NCBI GenBank assembly: GCA_010405405.1
Contig: MU004240.1
Span: 76,316-140,315 of the forward strand
Length of the DNA: 64,000 nt
Source of the DNA: Microthyrium microscopicum
Taxonomy: Eukaryota
Direction of reading: 5' to 3'
Part shown: piece after piece, positions 1 to 13,535 of the stretch
How positions within the stretch are numbered: position 1 is the first letter of the stretch
Layout: the number at the start of each line of letters is the position of its first letter
Made by a program: the position numbers and the translations under genes
Notes under the pieces: generated by a model
The model's database searches: none
The model's input: the letters and a program-made list of their open reading frames with translations, nothing else
What the model was told of the DNA's origin: nothing

Positions 1-1891
1 TATTAGTTAATAATAATTAATTTCTAAACTTTTACTTAGTTATATTATTAAAAATATATAAAATATATTTTTTAAGAAGAATAAAAGAATTAAGAATATA
101 ATAAGTAGAATTCTATCTAGTATTATTATTTAAAGCTACTTTATTAATTTTAGTAGTATTAGGAATCTTACTATTATAATAGTAAATATATAGACTAGTA
201 ATAAATAATCTTTTATAAACTCCTACGTATTTAATAGAAGTAATAATTCTTCTTACTTTTTGTATTAAACTTAAAGGCTTAGTACTATCTTTACTTTCTA
301 TATTATCTTCTTTATTATTATTATCTTTTAAACTTAATAGTATATTAATATAAGCTATTAAATTAACTTCTATATTATAAGAAGCTAGAAAACGTTTTAA
401 TACTTCTTTAGCTACTAAATTAATAATATAAGTAGTATAATGAATATTATAAAAACTTATAGAGTCTCTAGAAAATGCTTTAAGTTTTAATTAATCTACT
501 AGAGTATTATTATTACTAGTATTATCTCTAGTAATATTAATAATATTTAAAATATTTAGACTATAATTAATTAAATAAGTATTAAATACTTAAGAAATAT
601 AAATACTAGTATAGCTTTTAGTTAACTCTTTAAATCCTATTAACTTATATTATAATTTTATATTATTATTAATATATATTAATATTATACCTAAAAAGGC
701 AGTTTAATTACTAGCTGTCTAAGTATCTAAAGTAATAAAGAAGTAATTTCTATTTTTTATTACTTATTTAACTTCTAATCTAAATATTTTAAGAGAGTTA
801 TTAAACGTTATATCTAATAGCTTTTTAACGTTATTATGGTTAGCTTTAGGCGTATTATAATTATAATATTCTAATAAGTCTCTAAAAGATTAAGAATCTA
901 AAATATTAAAAAATAGATTATTATCTATAATAAAAGCTAGAATTAAATATAGAGCTTCTTCTTATAGAAACTTATAATTAGTACTAGATTTTATATATTT
1001 TCTAGTATCTAGACTACTAGCTACTCTAGTAAATAAAGAGATAATAGAAATATTTAGATTATTAATAAAGCTAGTAATTAATACTTATTCTATATTATAG
1101 TCTTCTATAGTCTATTTAGTATTATATTCTTCTTATCTAATAGCTATAGTAGGATAATATCTTCTATAATATATAGCAAAATTAGAAGTTAAAAAATCCT
1201 TAAAAGGAATAATTCTTTTATAATTAGATAAGCAAAGAGAATAAGTTATTTTAAACTCTCTAGGTTTATTAAAATTAATAGGTAATAGTTCTTTAGTAAA
1301 TAAACTATATTTAAAGATATAAGTAGTACTAAGGCTACTATTATTTAATCTATAAGTAGATTTATTATATTTATTACCTCTATATTTATTTAATTTAATA
1401 GTAACTTAAGAAGCACTATTAGAAGAATCTATACTAGTATCTAAATTAGATAGTTAGCTAGTAAGCTAGGTATTAAGTAAATTAAGATTAGAATTATTAT
1501 TATTTATTTCTAAATTATTAATATTACTTATTTTATATATTAAAAAAAGAATATAAATCTAGGTACTTCTTTAATTTCTAGATTAAAATCTAGAGCTAGA
1601 TAAAGAATTCTAAATTGATAAATCTATTAGAAATATATAAAAGTAGATAGTATAAATTTTACTAGTCTTAAATAGTATAACTAAGTAAGAAGTAAATAAA
1701 AATAGAAAAGAAATATTTTTTTACTATTTTTTATTTTTTTAGTTTTTTAATATAAATCTATATAGAATATAGAAAGATATAATATAATAACTCTAATAAA
1801 CTAGAGAATACTATAAAGATAGATTAAGATAATAAAGAGTCTATAAAATAGCTAATAAATAACTAAGTTATAGAAAACTTAAGTAGAAATT

Positions 1892-1901
1892 NNNNNNNNN
1901 N
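1892..1901. other. Assembly gap (10 N)
   Basis: Run of n characters; continuity across it is not guaranteed. Confidence 0.99.
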
Positions 1902-2361
1902 ATATAAATATAATCTCTAATAAAAATAGTAATAAACTAAATTATAAAAGTTAGTAAAATATTTCTAAAATATAAGTAAATAACTTACTACTAATAATAA
2001 TACTAAAAGTATAAAGTAGAAATACTACTAGAAAAGAAGCTTAAATTAAATATTAGAATATAGTAAAAAAAGTAAAAAAAAGTAAAAAAAAGTAAAAATA
2101 AACTTACTAAAAAAAGCTATAAAAAGCTTTAAAAAAGTATTTTCTATACTTCTAAAAATAGAAATAAAAAATAGAGACTACTTAGTAATATACTAAATAA
2201 CTAAAAAAAAGTTAGTTAAAAAAAGTAAAAAAAGTAAAAAAACTTACTAGAAAAACTTATAAAAAAAGTAAAGATATATACCCTAAAAGGGTAATAATAT
2301 ATAAACTAGTTAAGAGTAGTAGTACTTTAGAATATATTTCTAAAAAGTAATTTTTTTATAA

Positions 2362-2536
2362 AATTTAAGAAAGAAGAATTAAAAGAGAGGGAAGAGTACC
2401 TTATATAGAGATTTTAGATTAAATTAACTATAATCTAGCTTAGAATATAGTTAAACTAATTAAAATATAGTTAGTCTAATCTAAAATCTCTATATAAGTT
2501 ACCCTTCCCTCTCTTTTAATTCTTCTTTCTTAAATT
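2362..2536. repeat. ~175-bp near-perfect inverted repeat (palindrome)
   Basis: aatttaagaaagaagaattaaaagagagggaag...cttatatagagattttagatta (2362-~2421) is the reverse complement of taatctaaaatctctatataag...cttccctctcttttaattcttctttcttaaatt (~2477-2536). Confidence 0.95.
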
Positions 2537-5500
2537 ATTAAAGTTTTATCTTTTTAGTTTTTAGCTATAGCTAGTATTTAAAAGATATTATTTTTATATC
2601 CTTTTTTCTTCCTCTTTCTAGCTATAGTCTTTATCTAGCCTATCTTAGCCTAGTTCGTAAGTTATTCTAATTTTTATAAAGATTTTTTTATTTTTTACTT
2701 TTATTAACTTTTTAAATTAGAATACTTTAGCTAGACCTCTATGTAATAGAACCTATTAGTAAGTAATTAAACCCTTTATATAACTAATACTAATATTAAT
2801 AGAGTATTCTTTCTTACGTAAGTAGCTTACTAAAGCTTAGAGATTTTAAGTAGAGTTTTTAGGCTATTAAAATGCTTTAATTTTAACTAAAAGAATATCT
2901 AATCTTAAAATCTTTATCCTAAAAAGGAATAGCACTATTAATAGCCTTTATTTAGGCTATATAGTCTTCTTTATAGATAAATAGAAACTTAAATATGCCT
3001 TTTTTAGTATTAAAAATAACCTACTTTACTAAGGAATTAATCTTAATTATACTTTTACTATATATTACGCTCTAGAAGTATGTAAGATTAATATAAATTA
3101 TATCTTCTTATATAATTAAGTAGATACTACTATACTTATTCTATCTACTATTATTTAAATTTAGACTAGTATAGGTTATTAATAAATAATTAATATACTA
3201 GTATTAAGTATAGATTAGTTAGGGCTAAAAATAGCCTTTAAAAAGTAACTTAAAAGGTATCTAGAAGCTATAAAGTAAGTAATATTTCTTTATTTTATTA
3301 ATTAATTAATTAATAACTAATTATTAAATAGATCTTCTCTAAGCCCTAGTTATAAACTATCTTCTTTTTCTACTAGTGCTTTTTAATTTAGGATCCTAAG
3401 GTAAGTTATATTCTATTATTTTATTAATTAATATCTAATAAATAATAGTTATTCTAAAAGCTCTATTTTTAGACCCTAAGAAGCAACTATTTAGGAAGCT
3501 CTTTATATACTTACTAAAAAGTATTTAGCTTAAAAAGCTACTAAAAAAGAAGCTATAAAAGCTAAAAGAGTAGCTTTTAGAGCTAAATTATAATAAAAGT
3601 ACTTAGATAAAGTAGCAAATAATTAGGCTATTAAAAAGGCTAAAAAAGTAACTACTACTATTAAGCACGTAGCTTATATTATAAGTTACTAATTATTATT
3701 AATTTTAATACTTTAGCTAATTTCTTTTAAGTAGAAAAATAAGCTTTAGTAAAGCTAAAACTAGTAGCTTTTAAAATAGCTCTAGATAGTTATATTTCTA
3801 AATTAAGAAATACTTCTTATCTTAGCGCTAGTTTTATTACTACTATTAATAAAGAAGATAAAGTAGACTTTAAATAGAAAGATTTAAATATTATAGATTA
3901 GTAGTTCTTATTTTTAGTTTTTATTTTTACGTCTATACTTATTTAGTTTTTCTTTTATACTAAAATAAAGAGGAAAGATAGCTTAGAAAATATAGTATTT
4001 TTTTCTAATTATAATGTATATCTTTTTATATCTTATCTTTTAGTTATAGATATAATATTTATTAAAGTTTAAAGTTAAATTTAAGATTAAATATAATATT
4101 ATAAGATATAGATAAGAAAATCTAAATAGGCTATTTTAAAGAACGTAGCTTTTACTATAGGTTAGTATTTTTATTAGATATAATAACTTAATAATAACTA
4201 CTATTACTAAATAGTTAAAAATATAAATAAATCTTTCTATTATATATAATAGTTATAACTAATATTTATATTAGTAATTAAGTCTATAGTAATATTAAGC
4301 TAATATATACTATAGTACTATATATATATTCTATATATTACTTAGAATTTAATATAATATCTAAATATATATATTTCTTTTACTTAAAGTATTTAATACT
4401 ATTATAAATATTAAGTTATAAGCTAAAACTAATCTATAGCCTTAAAGAATATACTTAGTTTAGTATAATATATCTTAAACTATTTTTTATTATACTATAG
4501 TTAGTATTATATAAAATTAAATCTAAGATTTTAAATTTATTAAGTTATTTTAGAAAACTTATTATAACGCTATAACTAGTAGTATTTAATAAAAACTAAG
4601 ACTAGATTTAAAATCTCCTAGTCTAGAGCTATTAAATGATATAAAAATTATTTAAAAATAAATATATTTAAATTATAATAAGTATTATCTAGTTTGACTA
4701 GTATACTTAATTAAATACTAGTATTTACTAGATTAATATAATTATATACTAGTACTAGATTAGACTAGTTTTTACTAAAACTAGATACTAGTAATACTAG
4801 ATTTAGTCTAAAAAATCTTAAACTAGATACTAGACTAGATTAGATTTACTAGATACTAGATTAGATAAAACATACTAGATTCGTAACCCTAATCTTTTAA
4901 TAGAGATATACTTGCTCTCTATTATGTACTTATTACAATGAAATAGTCCTAGATAATGTTGATAGAACCTGACATGAAATGTAGTAGAAGAAATAACGTG
5001 GCGATTACTAGCTCAGAGGGAGCACACTAGTCAAGTGCTCTTGCCTCTTCAAGTCTGTCAACAAGATAATTGGCGCACTGTATCATCTACAGTGTCTCCC
5101 ACCTAATAAGTTCTATAAAAAGATGTTATTTACTCACTAGTGCATTCAATGGAAACCCGACGGTTCTGGCCGCGTATTAACGGCAAATACAACACTTGGT
5201 TCTATAGCATAGCAGATGGTAACCAGCGCATTTGATGGCAGCGGGTCATTTATTTGTGTCTACCAGTTGTCTGGGTGCTCAAAACTACATTGGGCTTTCT
5301 ATTGAATACTAATGACGGGACAAATGTTTCACGTTCAAGCCCACGAGTTCATTGATCGCACTTTGACAGCTATGGCCATTGTGCGATGCTTCCCTGTCTC
5401 CTGGGCCTCAAATTCTGGTTGAGCAAAGACTATTTAGACGGCTAACAACTCCTCCAACAAAATTAATAGCAAAGAACTAAATTTAGGATACATCCAAGCT

Positions 5501-6223
5501 TCACAGTTGGTGTTTGGAGAGTTACAACTTACAGGGCGTCGGATCCGGAACTTCCATCATCAAATTTACCAAGTATTCATAACTTAGATTGCTTGATACG
5601 GTTGGTATTGACCACTAATTACGCAAGTTAATCAACTTTTCAGCAGAAATTATGCTAGTCAATCAATTTGGGATTCGTATTCTCTTATATGATATGTGAT
5701 GATCCATGTTCTAAAGATAGAATAACGTTTTTTAGAGTTTAGACTAGTGGTTTGCAACTGGGGAAACAACGATTGACATACACGTGTGCAGGGTTGTTGC
5801 ATATCCTTTTTGACGATCAATTCCTTAGTTGCTTGCTTTTAAATTAACATGATCAGCAATATGCTAAAAAAAGGATATGGTATCAGTGCGATCAAGAGCC
5901 TGATACAGGACGTAGCGAATTTCTGCTTGAACCACACTTTGTATTTGCTTCTATCGGCACGGTAGGCATATGACGATATGACCACATACCACAGACCACA
6001 GACACGCATGTCGAGGTCACAACTCGGTGGGAGCGTGTTGTTTAATCTGTCAACCTCTAGGTAGGGAAAGTTCAAGGCATAATTGAAGGAATTCGTATGC
6101 ATCATTACGCTAAATTCAAAATGGATGTAAAGACCCCTGCTATCTCAAAGGGGGTATCTAAATCGTGAGGCTGAAAGGGGGAAATTGTGAAGCTATTTTA
6201 CAGTGATTATGCGATTTGAAGGC

Positions 6224-9200
6224 CTAGAACCATGGGCCTACCCAGCCAGTGTGACCGACCTCTTCTAGAACGCTTATGGCACCTTCGATGAGCTCGCCTG
6301 CGCCGCTATTTCGGTGCCCAGCACCTCCTAGTACCCATGCAGACCAGCGTAGGATCGCACCAACCCCAATTTTCCACGAAGGAAGCATACGGGTAGGAGG
6401 TAGAATAGGTAGGGCTGGGGTGAGCAGCCCAGAGACGATTGGAGTGCCGGGAGAGGAAACAGATTGTCCTATGATTATGGGCGGATAGGAAACGTTCGTT
6501 CGTAGAGGCATGCTGGCTAAAATATGAGGTTCTGCGAGGTGTGTTGTTATAGGTTGAGCAGTTGTTGATGGTGTAAGAGTAGATGCAACTTCATTGACGT
6601 CTGCTATGGCGAGCTTGACAAAGTCTTTAACATGACTTTCTGCACGGGATGGCTCCCAGTCAAATGAGTCAGTTGTGTCATGCTCGGTGGGATAGGAATG
6701 CCGGCGAGCAGACAACGAGATTCCAGCAAACGTTGCTGACCATAAGACCAATGAAGCAAAATATAAAGCAAGCTCGCAGCCAAATGCGAGGTCAAGATGC
6801 GGGTTCTGCACAGTCGACACCTCGTTGATGATCTGAAGGGCAATCGAAACTGCTTGAACATATGGTGAACGCTGGGTACCGTTTACGTTGGAGAGGACAG
6901 GTAGTGCTTGTTCCGTCCTGAAGATTTGTTAGTGTGATATTCTCCGACGGAAACGTTTTGGCAAATCTCATAACCGGCTATGGGATTCATTGCATGATAT
7001 GCGCTCCGTTGCAGCTAACATGTGCGTTGCATGCTGAGAAGTTTATGGAAGAAATCAAGGTGTTTACAGGCGGGCAATCTTACCAAGTTCGCATTTGCTG
7101 CTTCAATCTGTCATACTCCTCAGCGGCAGAGGATGCGTCCCCCGCTAAGCGCTTCGAGAAGAACCAACTCTTTCCAGAGGTGGCGACCAAAGCTCTGAAG
7201 GGAGTCAATGATATCAGTTGTACAGCGAGCAGCATTATTCGGATGGAATGGTGATTGGAGAGACATCGGGAGAGGATATTGATTCGCGATGGCTCGAATA
7301 TGGAGTGTGACGGTCCTATAAACGTCATGTTCGGGTCGTTGATCTGACATGTAACGGATGAAGCGTAGCAGCCTACAATCAATGCAGATTCGAAAGGACC
7401 GCAATTGATGTCAGGTACGTTGCAATCAACGTTATCAAGAAGCTCGAATATCGTGGTTGTTGGTAAATGCTCAGTTCTCAGCATTTGTGCCCAATCGTCT
7501 GGCTTTGGTGCGTCCCACAGAGCATTTGGGATAGGCACGTAAAGTTCCGGTCCAGACAATGCGGCAGCATGATTTGGGCGAGAAAGTAAAAGCGCGTGTC
7601 TCGAGTCCAAGATATAGCAGGATGACAACAGACGTTCTCGGCCATGAACTTCTATCCAGGTCATCCATTGTCGTGGGAGGGATTCTTCAGAAGTTTGACT
7701 GACGTCTCCCAGTCTGTCTATTGTAGATCTAGGCTGCTCGTTCCTATGTATGTCCCATAGCTGTGTATGTTAGTTATAGTTCCTCAAGGGTGATTAAGCA
7801 ATCTACCATGTCATAAACCCCAATAAACAATTTCGACAGAGTTTCAGGGGCTCGTTTTGCTTTGAAGTGGGAGAGATATTCTAACAAAACAACTGCCTGC
7901 ATGATTTCAAGTGGCATAGCTGATGGCTGCTGATATTGCTGTTGGATAAGTTAGAATGTGTAACTTTTATAGCGAATATTAACGAACCTTGGTAATCTTT
8001 TCTGCGCATCTCTCCAGTAATATTCGACTGTCTGACCCAGCGAACCATTCATGTGTGAATTGAGCCCCAATGGCCATAATCGCAGCCAACAAGACCGAAC
8101 CGCCTGGCAGTCTTCGATACTGAGTGAACTTTTGTTTATGAAGAATTGGAAATATGGGATGGAAGTGTCTCCAGTATGCTTCTACATAGATGCGCTGACG
8201 GTCTTGGCTAAGAAGCTGTCCAATTGGCCCATTTTGGGAAGAATCTTCATACGAAGTACTCGCCGAGTTTGATGGCATTAGCTGGGGTGGAACGGCGATT
8301 ACAGGCGCCGAAGATGACCTTGAAGTGCCGGTGATTACAGTCATATCTGGCTCGAAATAAAGTTGCTCCCAGATTGGTGGGCTATTCGTTTCAGAGTTTA
8401 ATCCGGACCAATCAAGAACGTTAGTGTATGGAAAGGTACTGCTCAAATCGATATTCGTTGGAGCAGATGAAGGATTGTTGTATTGTGGCCAAGGTGAGGT
8501 AACTGCTGGTGAAGGCGGTAAGAATATATGGCTGGAACCAAATGCTTCATCTGCCCAATTCGAAGAATCAGGAGGAAATTGCGGTCTAATCCACGGGCCT
8601 TTGTCCGAGTTGGGATATACTGTTGCAAAACTGTTCAAGTTTCAAAGTCAGTATAAGAGCAGTATTTGAGCTTTTCAATTTCTCAAAACCAATCGAACTC
8701 ACTCAATCTCAACAGACGTATATGTACTGTCAAAGAGGTTACATGAGCCAAACTTGTATGATTCAAAGAAGATCAGAACGTACCTATCCGTTGAAGAAGG
8801 CGGTCTTGGGCTGAATTCTCGTTCAGCTTGTTCGTGTTTGATCGAGTCAGCTGGCAATTGTACAGCTCCGCAGTTCGCTTGATGAGGTTCGCTAGATACT
8901 CGAGAAGATATAGACTCGAGGTCTGCGGAAGGATGATGGCTACTAAATTTTAGCAATGGAGATATTACATGAAATGTTGGAGTTCGTACTACTTGGCGAC
9001 ATGGCGGGATAGTAGATCCTCTCGATAGAACCCTCTTCTGCATACTTTGCACTGAAGCGGCGATGCTCGGTGATTGTATTGGTGTCGTCTGTACCAAAAC
9101 GGTCAGTTCGTATGTTCGAAGCGCAAGGACTTTCCAAACAGAGTAAACATACAGGAGATGTTCGTTTCTAGAATATACCTGTGCGCCTCGTTAGACTGAT

Positions 9201-9610
9201 GTTTTCAAGTGGCAATGAAGCCGTTTTTGGTCGATTGGTGGAGATGCAAGCTGAATGCAGATGGTGTAGATGCACAAACGTACCTTTCCACACTGTTCGC
9301 AAGTGTGAATTCTTACGCCTTTCAAAGCTTTTGAGATGCGACCAGTTTTGGTGAAAGCAGGACGACCAGACTGATTGTCGTTCATGTTCGCTCCTACATT
9401 GTCGGTAACATGGGAAGATTGTCTCCGCTTTGCTGGACGGTTTGACGGCCCGGAGGGAATAGACATAGCCATCCCCGAGTTTTGTCGTTTGGACACACGA
9501 GATGATGTAGCTTTACTCTTTGTCAGGGGTGTATGCCTTGTTCGGCGAGTCCGTTCTGATGCTGAGGTAGACTGGCGGGGCTGAACAGAAGATGCTTGCT
9601 GGTCGCTCAT
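6224..9610 (-). CDS. C2H2 zinc-finger transcription factor with fungal-specific TF (Fungal_trans-like) domain; multi-exon
   Basis: Spliced fingers HTCEQCGK|VYSRNEHLL|RHQYNH and LQCKVCRRGFYREDLLSRHVAK. Middle-homology motif YVEAYWRHFHPIFPILH (ORF 7979-8638); exon 7080-7664; C-terminal exon 6224-6820 ending GWVGPWF*. ATG at 9610 (MSDQQ) is inferred. Confidence 0.85.
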
Positions 9611-12600
9611 CGTGGCAGTGCTGAGTGCTGAAGTATATATCAACGAGATGCCCAGGTGCATCAGCGCGCAATAAGATCAAAGTTAGCCAGCTTAACCAGT
9701 CAAATGGTCATGAGTAAAACCAGCACAGACAGTCAGTGCAGAAACGAAGATTGCAACATTCGAAATTGAAAATGGCGAGGCCAAATCGCAACTTCGATCG
9801 TAGCGAACGCGAAACTGGCTATTTCGAGATGTATCACTAGAGATCGTATGCTTTCAGTAGTGATAGGGGTGAATTCTGTCGCAAACCACTAGGGTACCTG
9901 GTGCAGCACTGCAGATCTCCCAAAAGCTGGCCGCCAGTGAAATGATTGAGGGTATATTATTAGGCTGTCAAGAGGTTTTGCGGGGAGTCCGAGCCAGAGT
10001 ATGACAGCTTGTCCGCAAGGGTTTGGTGTTAGTGTTCTTGATAGGAACCAGGAGTATGATTGCTGGTGCAATATAAGAAAGAAGGGCCAGGACGGAATGC
10101 GCGAAGGATAGATTATTTGGGCAATATTTGGAGAATAATTAGCTGGTTTCTCCGTCTTGATATATCCTTGTTCCTGGCAGCTAAACCTCCTAAGCTGCTG
10201 ACTAGGATAGCACCCAGACCACTGGCCTCTGGTCTCAGGGAGGCCTGAGGGAGGGTGAAGATCGATGGGCAGTATGTTATTGTCGAAGCTTGTTCTGCGC
10301 CCACGCCGTGGCGCTGAGTGGGCAGTTCCTCTCTCCTGGCGTCTGTATGCATCTGTGAATGGCTGACGGGCTTGCTTTTTGACCGCAAGGCGCAGTTTCC
10401 GCGAATCCGCAGCCTTCTGGGCTTGCTTTAGGAAATATTATTATGCACACTGCACAAGAGTAACCCAATCTGTCTTTCCTACTCTACCACGTCTACCTAA
10501 ATCGTCCGAAGCGGAGTTTTCGAGCCGCCCATCCAGGTCCCCAACACCGAGTTGAAGATTCAATATTGAAGAAGCGTAACACAACAGGCCTGTCGAACCT
10601 TTGCAAATCGTCCGTGTCCGGCCGTTGATGGCTTGAATTAGCAACAAATTATATTACCAGAACCGTGCGGCTGCTTCCGATGTTCGCTAAAACTTTGGAG
10701 TAAATGCCCTAAATGTAGCTATATTTGGCAACAGGTGGACAAGACATTTAGCGTACTGCCAGTGCGATGGATAATGAGTACTACCTTTTGCTATCGAGTG
10801 CTCTATTTCATATGAATTTCGCATAACAGATTCGGTTCTCGGCAGGATACGAGCTTAAACTTAGCCTTCCATGAAATGGTAGCAATTGCTGTATCGGAAA
10901 GACAACATTCTTGTAATAATTCAGAAATTGTATGAAGTTACAATGGTTGCAAGCGCTCGACCTTCCGTGGAACACGTTCCTTTTCGTTGGTCTGCCGCGT
11001 AGAAAGCATTGGCTAGGTATTTATTGGTAAGGCTTGAACCAAATTAACTCTCAAAACCTCTCAAGTCTGTCCTAAATTGCTCCAAGCTTGGGTGACCGGT
11101 CATTCAAACTAAGGTAAATACAGATTAGACTTGCCGCTTAGAGTGATCCAAGCTTCCAAATCTTTGCTAATTCTACTTGTGTACTTCTGTAAAACTGATA
11201 TACTACCCGTAGAAATTGCCATTAGAATGAACCTCTCCGGGACTTGGTGAGAAAGGTATTGGAAATGGAGCCTCTGTTCTACCAGTATCTAGCCTTTCAC
11301 TTTGTGAAGAGTCTGAAATTTCAAGATCCGAGAATTTAAGATTCATCGCGAATATTGTAAGCTGGTATGGGATTTTGTCCGAGAATACATACCGGTATAT
11401 TCTTTGAATAATCCAAACTCAATAGTCCAAAGCCCGAGTTCACAACCAGATCCAATTCTCGAAAATCAGCGCCACTATCCCCTTCTCTCCAAGATCTAGA
11501 TAGGAGAGTGTGGAGCAGCGATTCTGACTGATAGTACATAACCCTCGTCAATAATACATCTGATCTTTTGGCGATCCTGCCATGTGTGGAATTGTGGATG
11601 TTATCCAATCGGAAGAGACGTTTTTACGGCCAAATAGTCTAGACATTGTTTTGCTTGGTCAATTTCCAAGCCTCCAAAGCTCTCCCTGAGAAATATCTGA
11701 AGCAGCTACAGACAGTGAAGTGAATAAGAGAAGAGTTGTTCCACTTCGCAAGACTCCTTACAATGAATCTCTCTTTGGTCAGTTGCTGTACTTCCAAACT
11801 GCTTCCAAGATTCCAAAGTTTTCAGCTTTACCTTTGAGGCTTATGCGCCAAAGTTTAAGCACATCTGACCGGAATTCTGGAGGCCGCCAATGAATCCTTT
11901 AACGCCACGACCTGCAGCATGAACAGACGAGTGGCGCTATACAGCTCTATATGATTGGACGATAATTTTGTTTTTTATTCCGGCAGTCTGGGGATGAACC
12001 GCCTCAAAACGTTCGAATTTGGGGGCCAAAAATCATTATTCCCCTGAGATTCACAAGTACACGTATTACCTACTGGGAACTCATTGTTGTTGCCGAACGA
12101 TCCGGCAGGCCTAACGAAACCTTATTACTGCTTTTGATCAGATCGAGTTTTGAGTGGCAATTTCTGAAGTACCAATGACATCTACCAACGGGAGCGTAAT
12201 TCCATGAGCTGAACTACGATTATGCAAGGTAACGGAACTTTGCCAACATTCATCTCCAAAGGTCTCGGACGGAAGAGCTTATTCAAAACATCCATATTCT
12301 AACTTCTCAGCACCAACCATTAATGCCTCCCTTGTCTCATACTTGATTTGAAAAGAGATTCGCAACTTGATATTGACAGAAACAGCTCATTAAACCAGGA
12401 ATAAAGATGTTCCACTTAGCAGTACCTGGATAGACTGACTATTGAACACTTTGATCCTCGGTTTATGGTATGAGAGTAGGGTCTACCTTCACTTTGTTGT
12501 TAAAGAATCTCCCGATCAGGGTCATTGATCTTGCTTCGTGATACGGTAATATCGACGAAAAAGAAAAGGTCAGGAGCAATCATTCATCCCAGCGCCCACT

Positions 12601-13038
12601 AAGCAATCCATACCATACTACTTCCTAGCTTACGGTTGCTTCCGTTTTTCCAGTACACTTATGACAGCTAAGGCGTAGACTTAGGTTGACCATCCGGGCC
12701 CTATGAGATAAGTAGGACCCTGTCAGCCGGGTGAAACATCGTGGGGTTGGGAATAACACTATGGGTCTGTCAGTGGCGACTATAAGGCTGAGACTGGCAC
12801 GTCTACAATGCGGAGTATTTTCAACTGAAATCGCTGGCGACAATAACCTGCATTTTATCTGGCATCCTTTCGCATCGGAGCTTGCCGTATTCTTGACTCT
12901 GGCCCAAAAGTTCGGTCCGGAGAATATCAAGAGAAGGCTGACCATATTTTTCTATGATCCACTGGTACTTTTTAGCCCTTTGAAGAGGTAGGTAAGTTGT
13001 AAAGTTACAGTGCAGATCGCATGCACCAAAAACCAACC

Positions 13039-13535
13039 GACCGTTATTACGGACCCACCCCTAAATCTTCCATACCCACCACTGGATCTTTCTCACCCAC
13101 CCCTGAGTTACCTTGATTTTTATGTATCTAGACCAATACTCGAAATTCATTATATCTTAAACATTCTATAGGTAGCTAGAGAGATTCCAGAGCTAACGTC
13201 TTTTTCAGAAATTGGATAACTTGTCAAATAAATCTCTAATTACTCGATAAAGCTAAGAGACAAAAGGTGGCTTGAGACTTTGCATTATAACCTATTCCAA
13301 ATTGGCATATTAGCATTCCCTTTTTAGAATAAGCATAACTCGCTTATCTACCTTTAAAAGAAAATTTAGAAAGATCTTAGGGATAGTTTATATGTCGTTT
13401 TATAGAATAGCTTTTCTGGATTTTAGTTACTTGTGCGTTGAGAGGTAGCATTTAGCAATATTAAATATGAAGGGTGGGCGAGGAAGATCTAGTGGTGGGT
13501 ATGGAAGATTTAGGGGTGGGTCCGTAATAACAGTC
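13039..13535. mobile_element. Non-autonomous TIR element (MITE-like, ~497 bp)
   Basis: ~63-bp terminal inverted repeats: gaccgttattacggacccacccctaaatcttccatacccaccactggatctttctcacccacc versus the reverse complement at ~13472-13535, with a few transitions. AT-rich non-coding interior. No clean TSD (caacc / aaacc). Confidence 0.9.

Larger units (their letters stand above)
1..4891 (-). mobile_element. RIP-degenerated repeat block containing a hAT-family DNA transposon relic (truncated by window edge)
   Basis: Extremely AT/TpA-rich with no ORFs. Minus-strand translation gives RIP-altered hAT motifs in the correct order: ITLDT*TASN*TAFLG (~690-740, D-W-T motif), NITRDNTSNN (~506-535), IHYTTYIINLVAKEVL (~400-445, from RCxxHIINL) and NNTR*NSTY (~100-128, TRWNS). 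The right end reads TAGGGTTACGAATC on the minus strand (hAT-like terminus), preceded by many (a)ctagat(act) subterminal repeats at ~4720-4880. The middle of the block may contain other nested elements. Confidence 0.8.

Noticed and set aside
4884..4892. Telomere-like TAACCCTAA
   Set aside because: Only about 1.5 units; better explained as a transposon terminus
5839..6105. 88-aa ORF
   Set aside because: No recognisable motif; lies in the TF 3' flank
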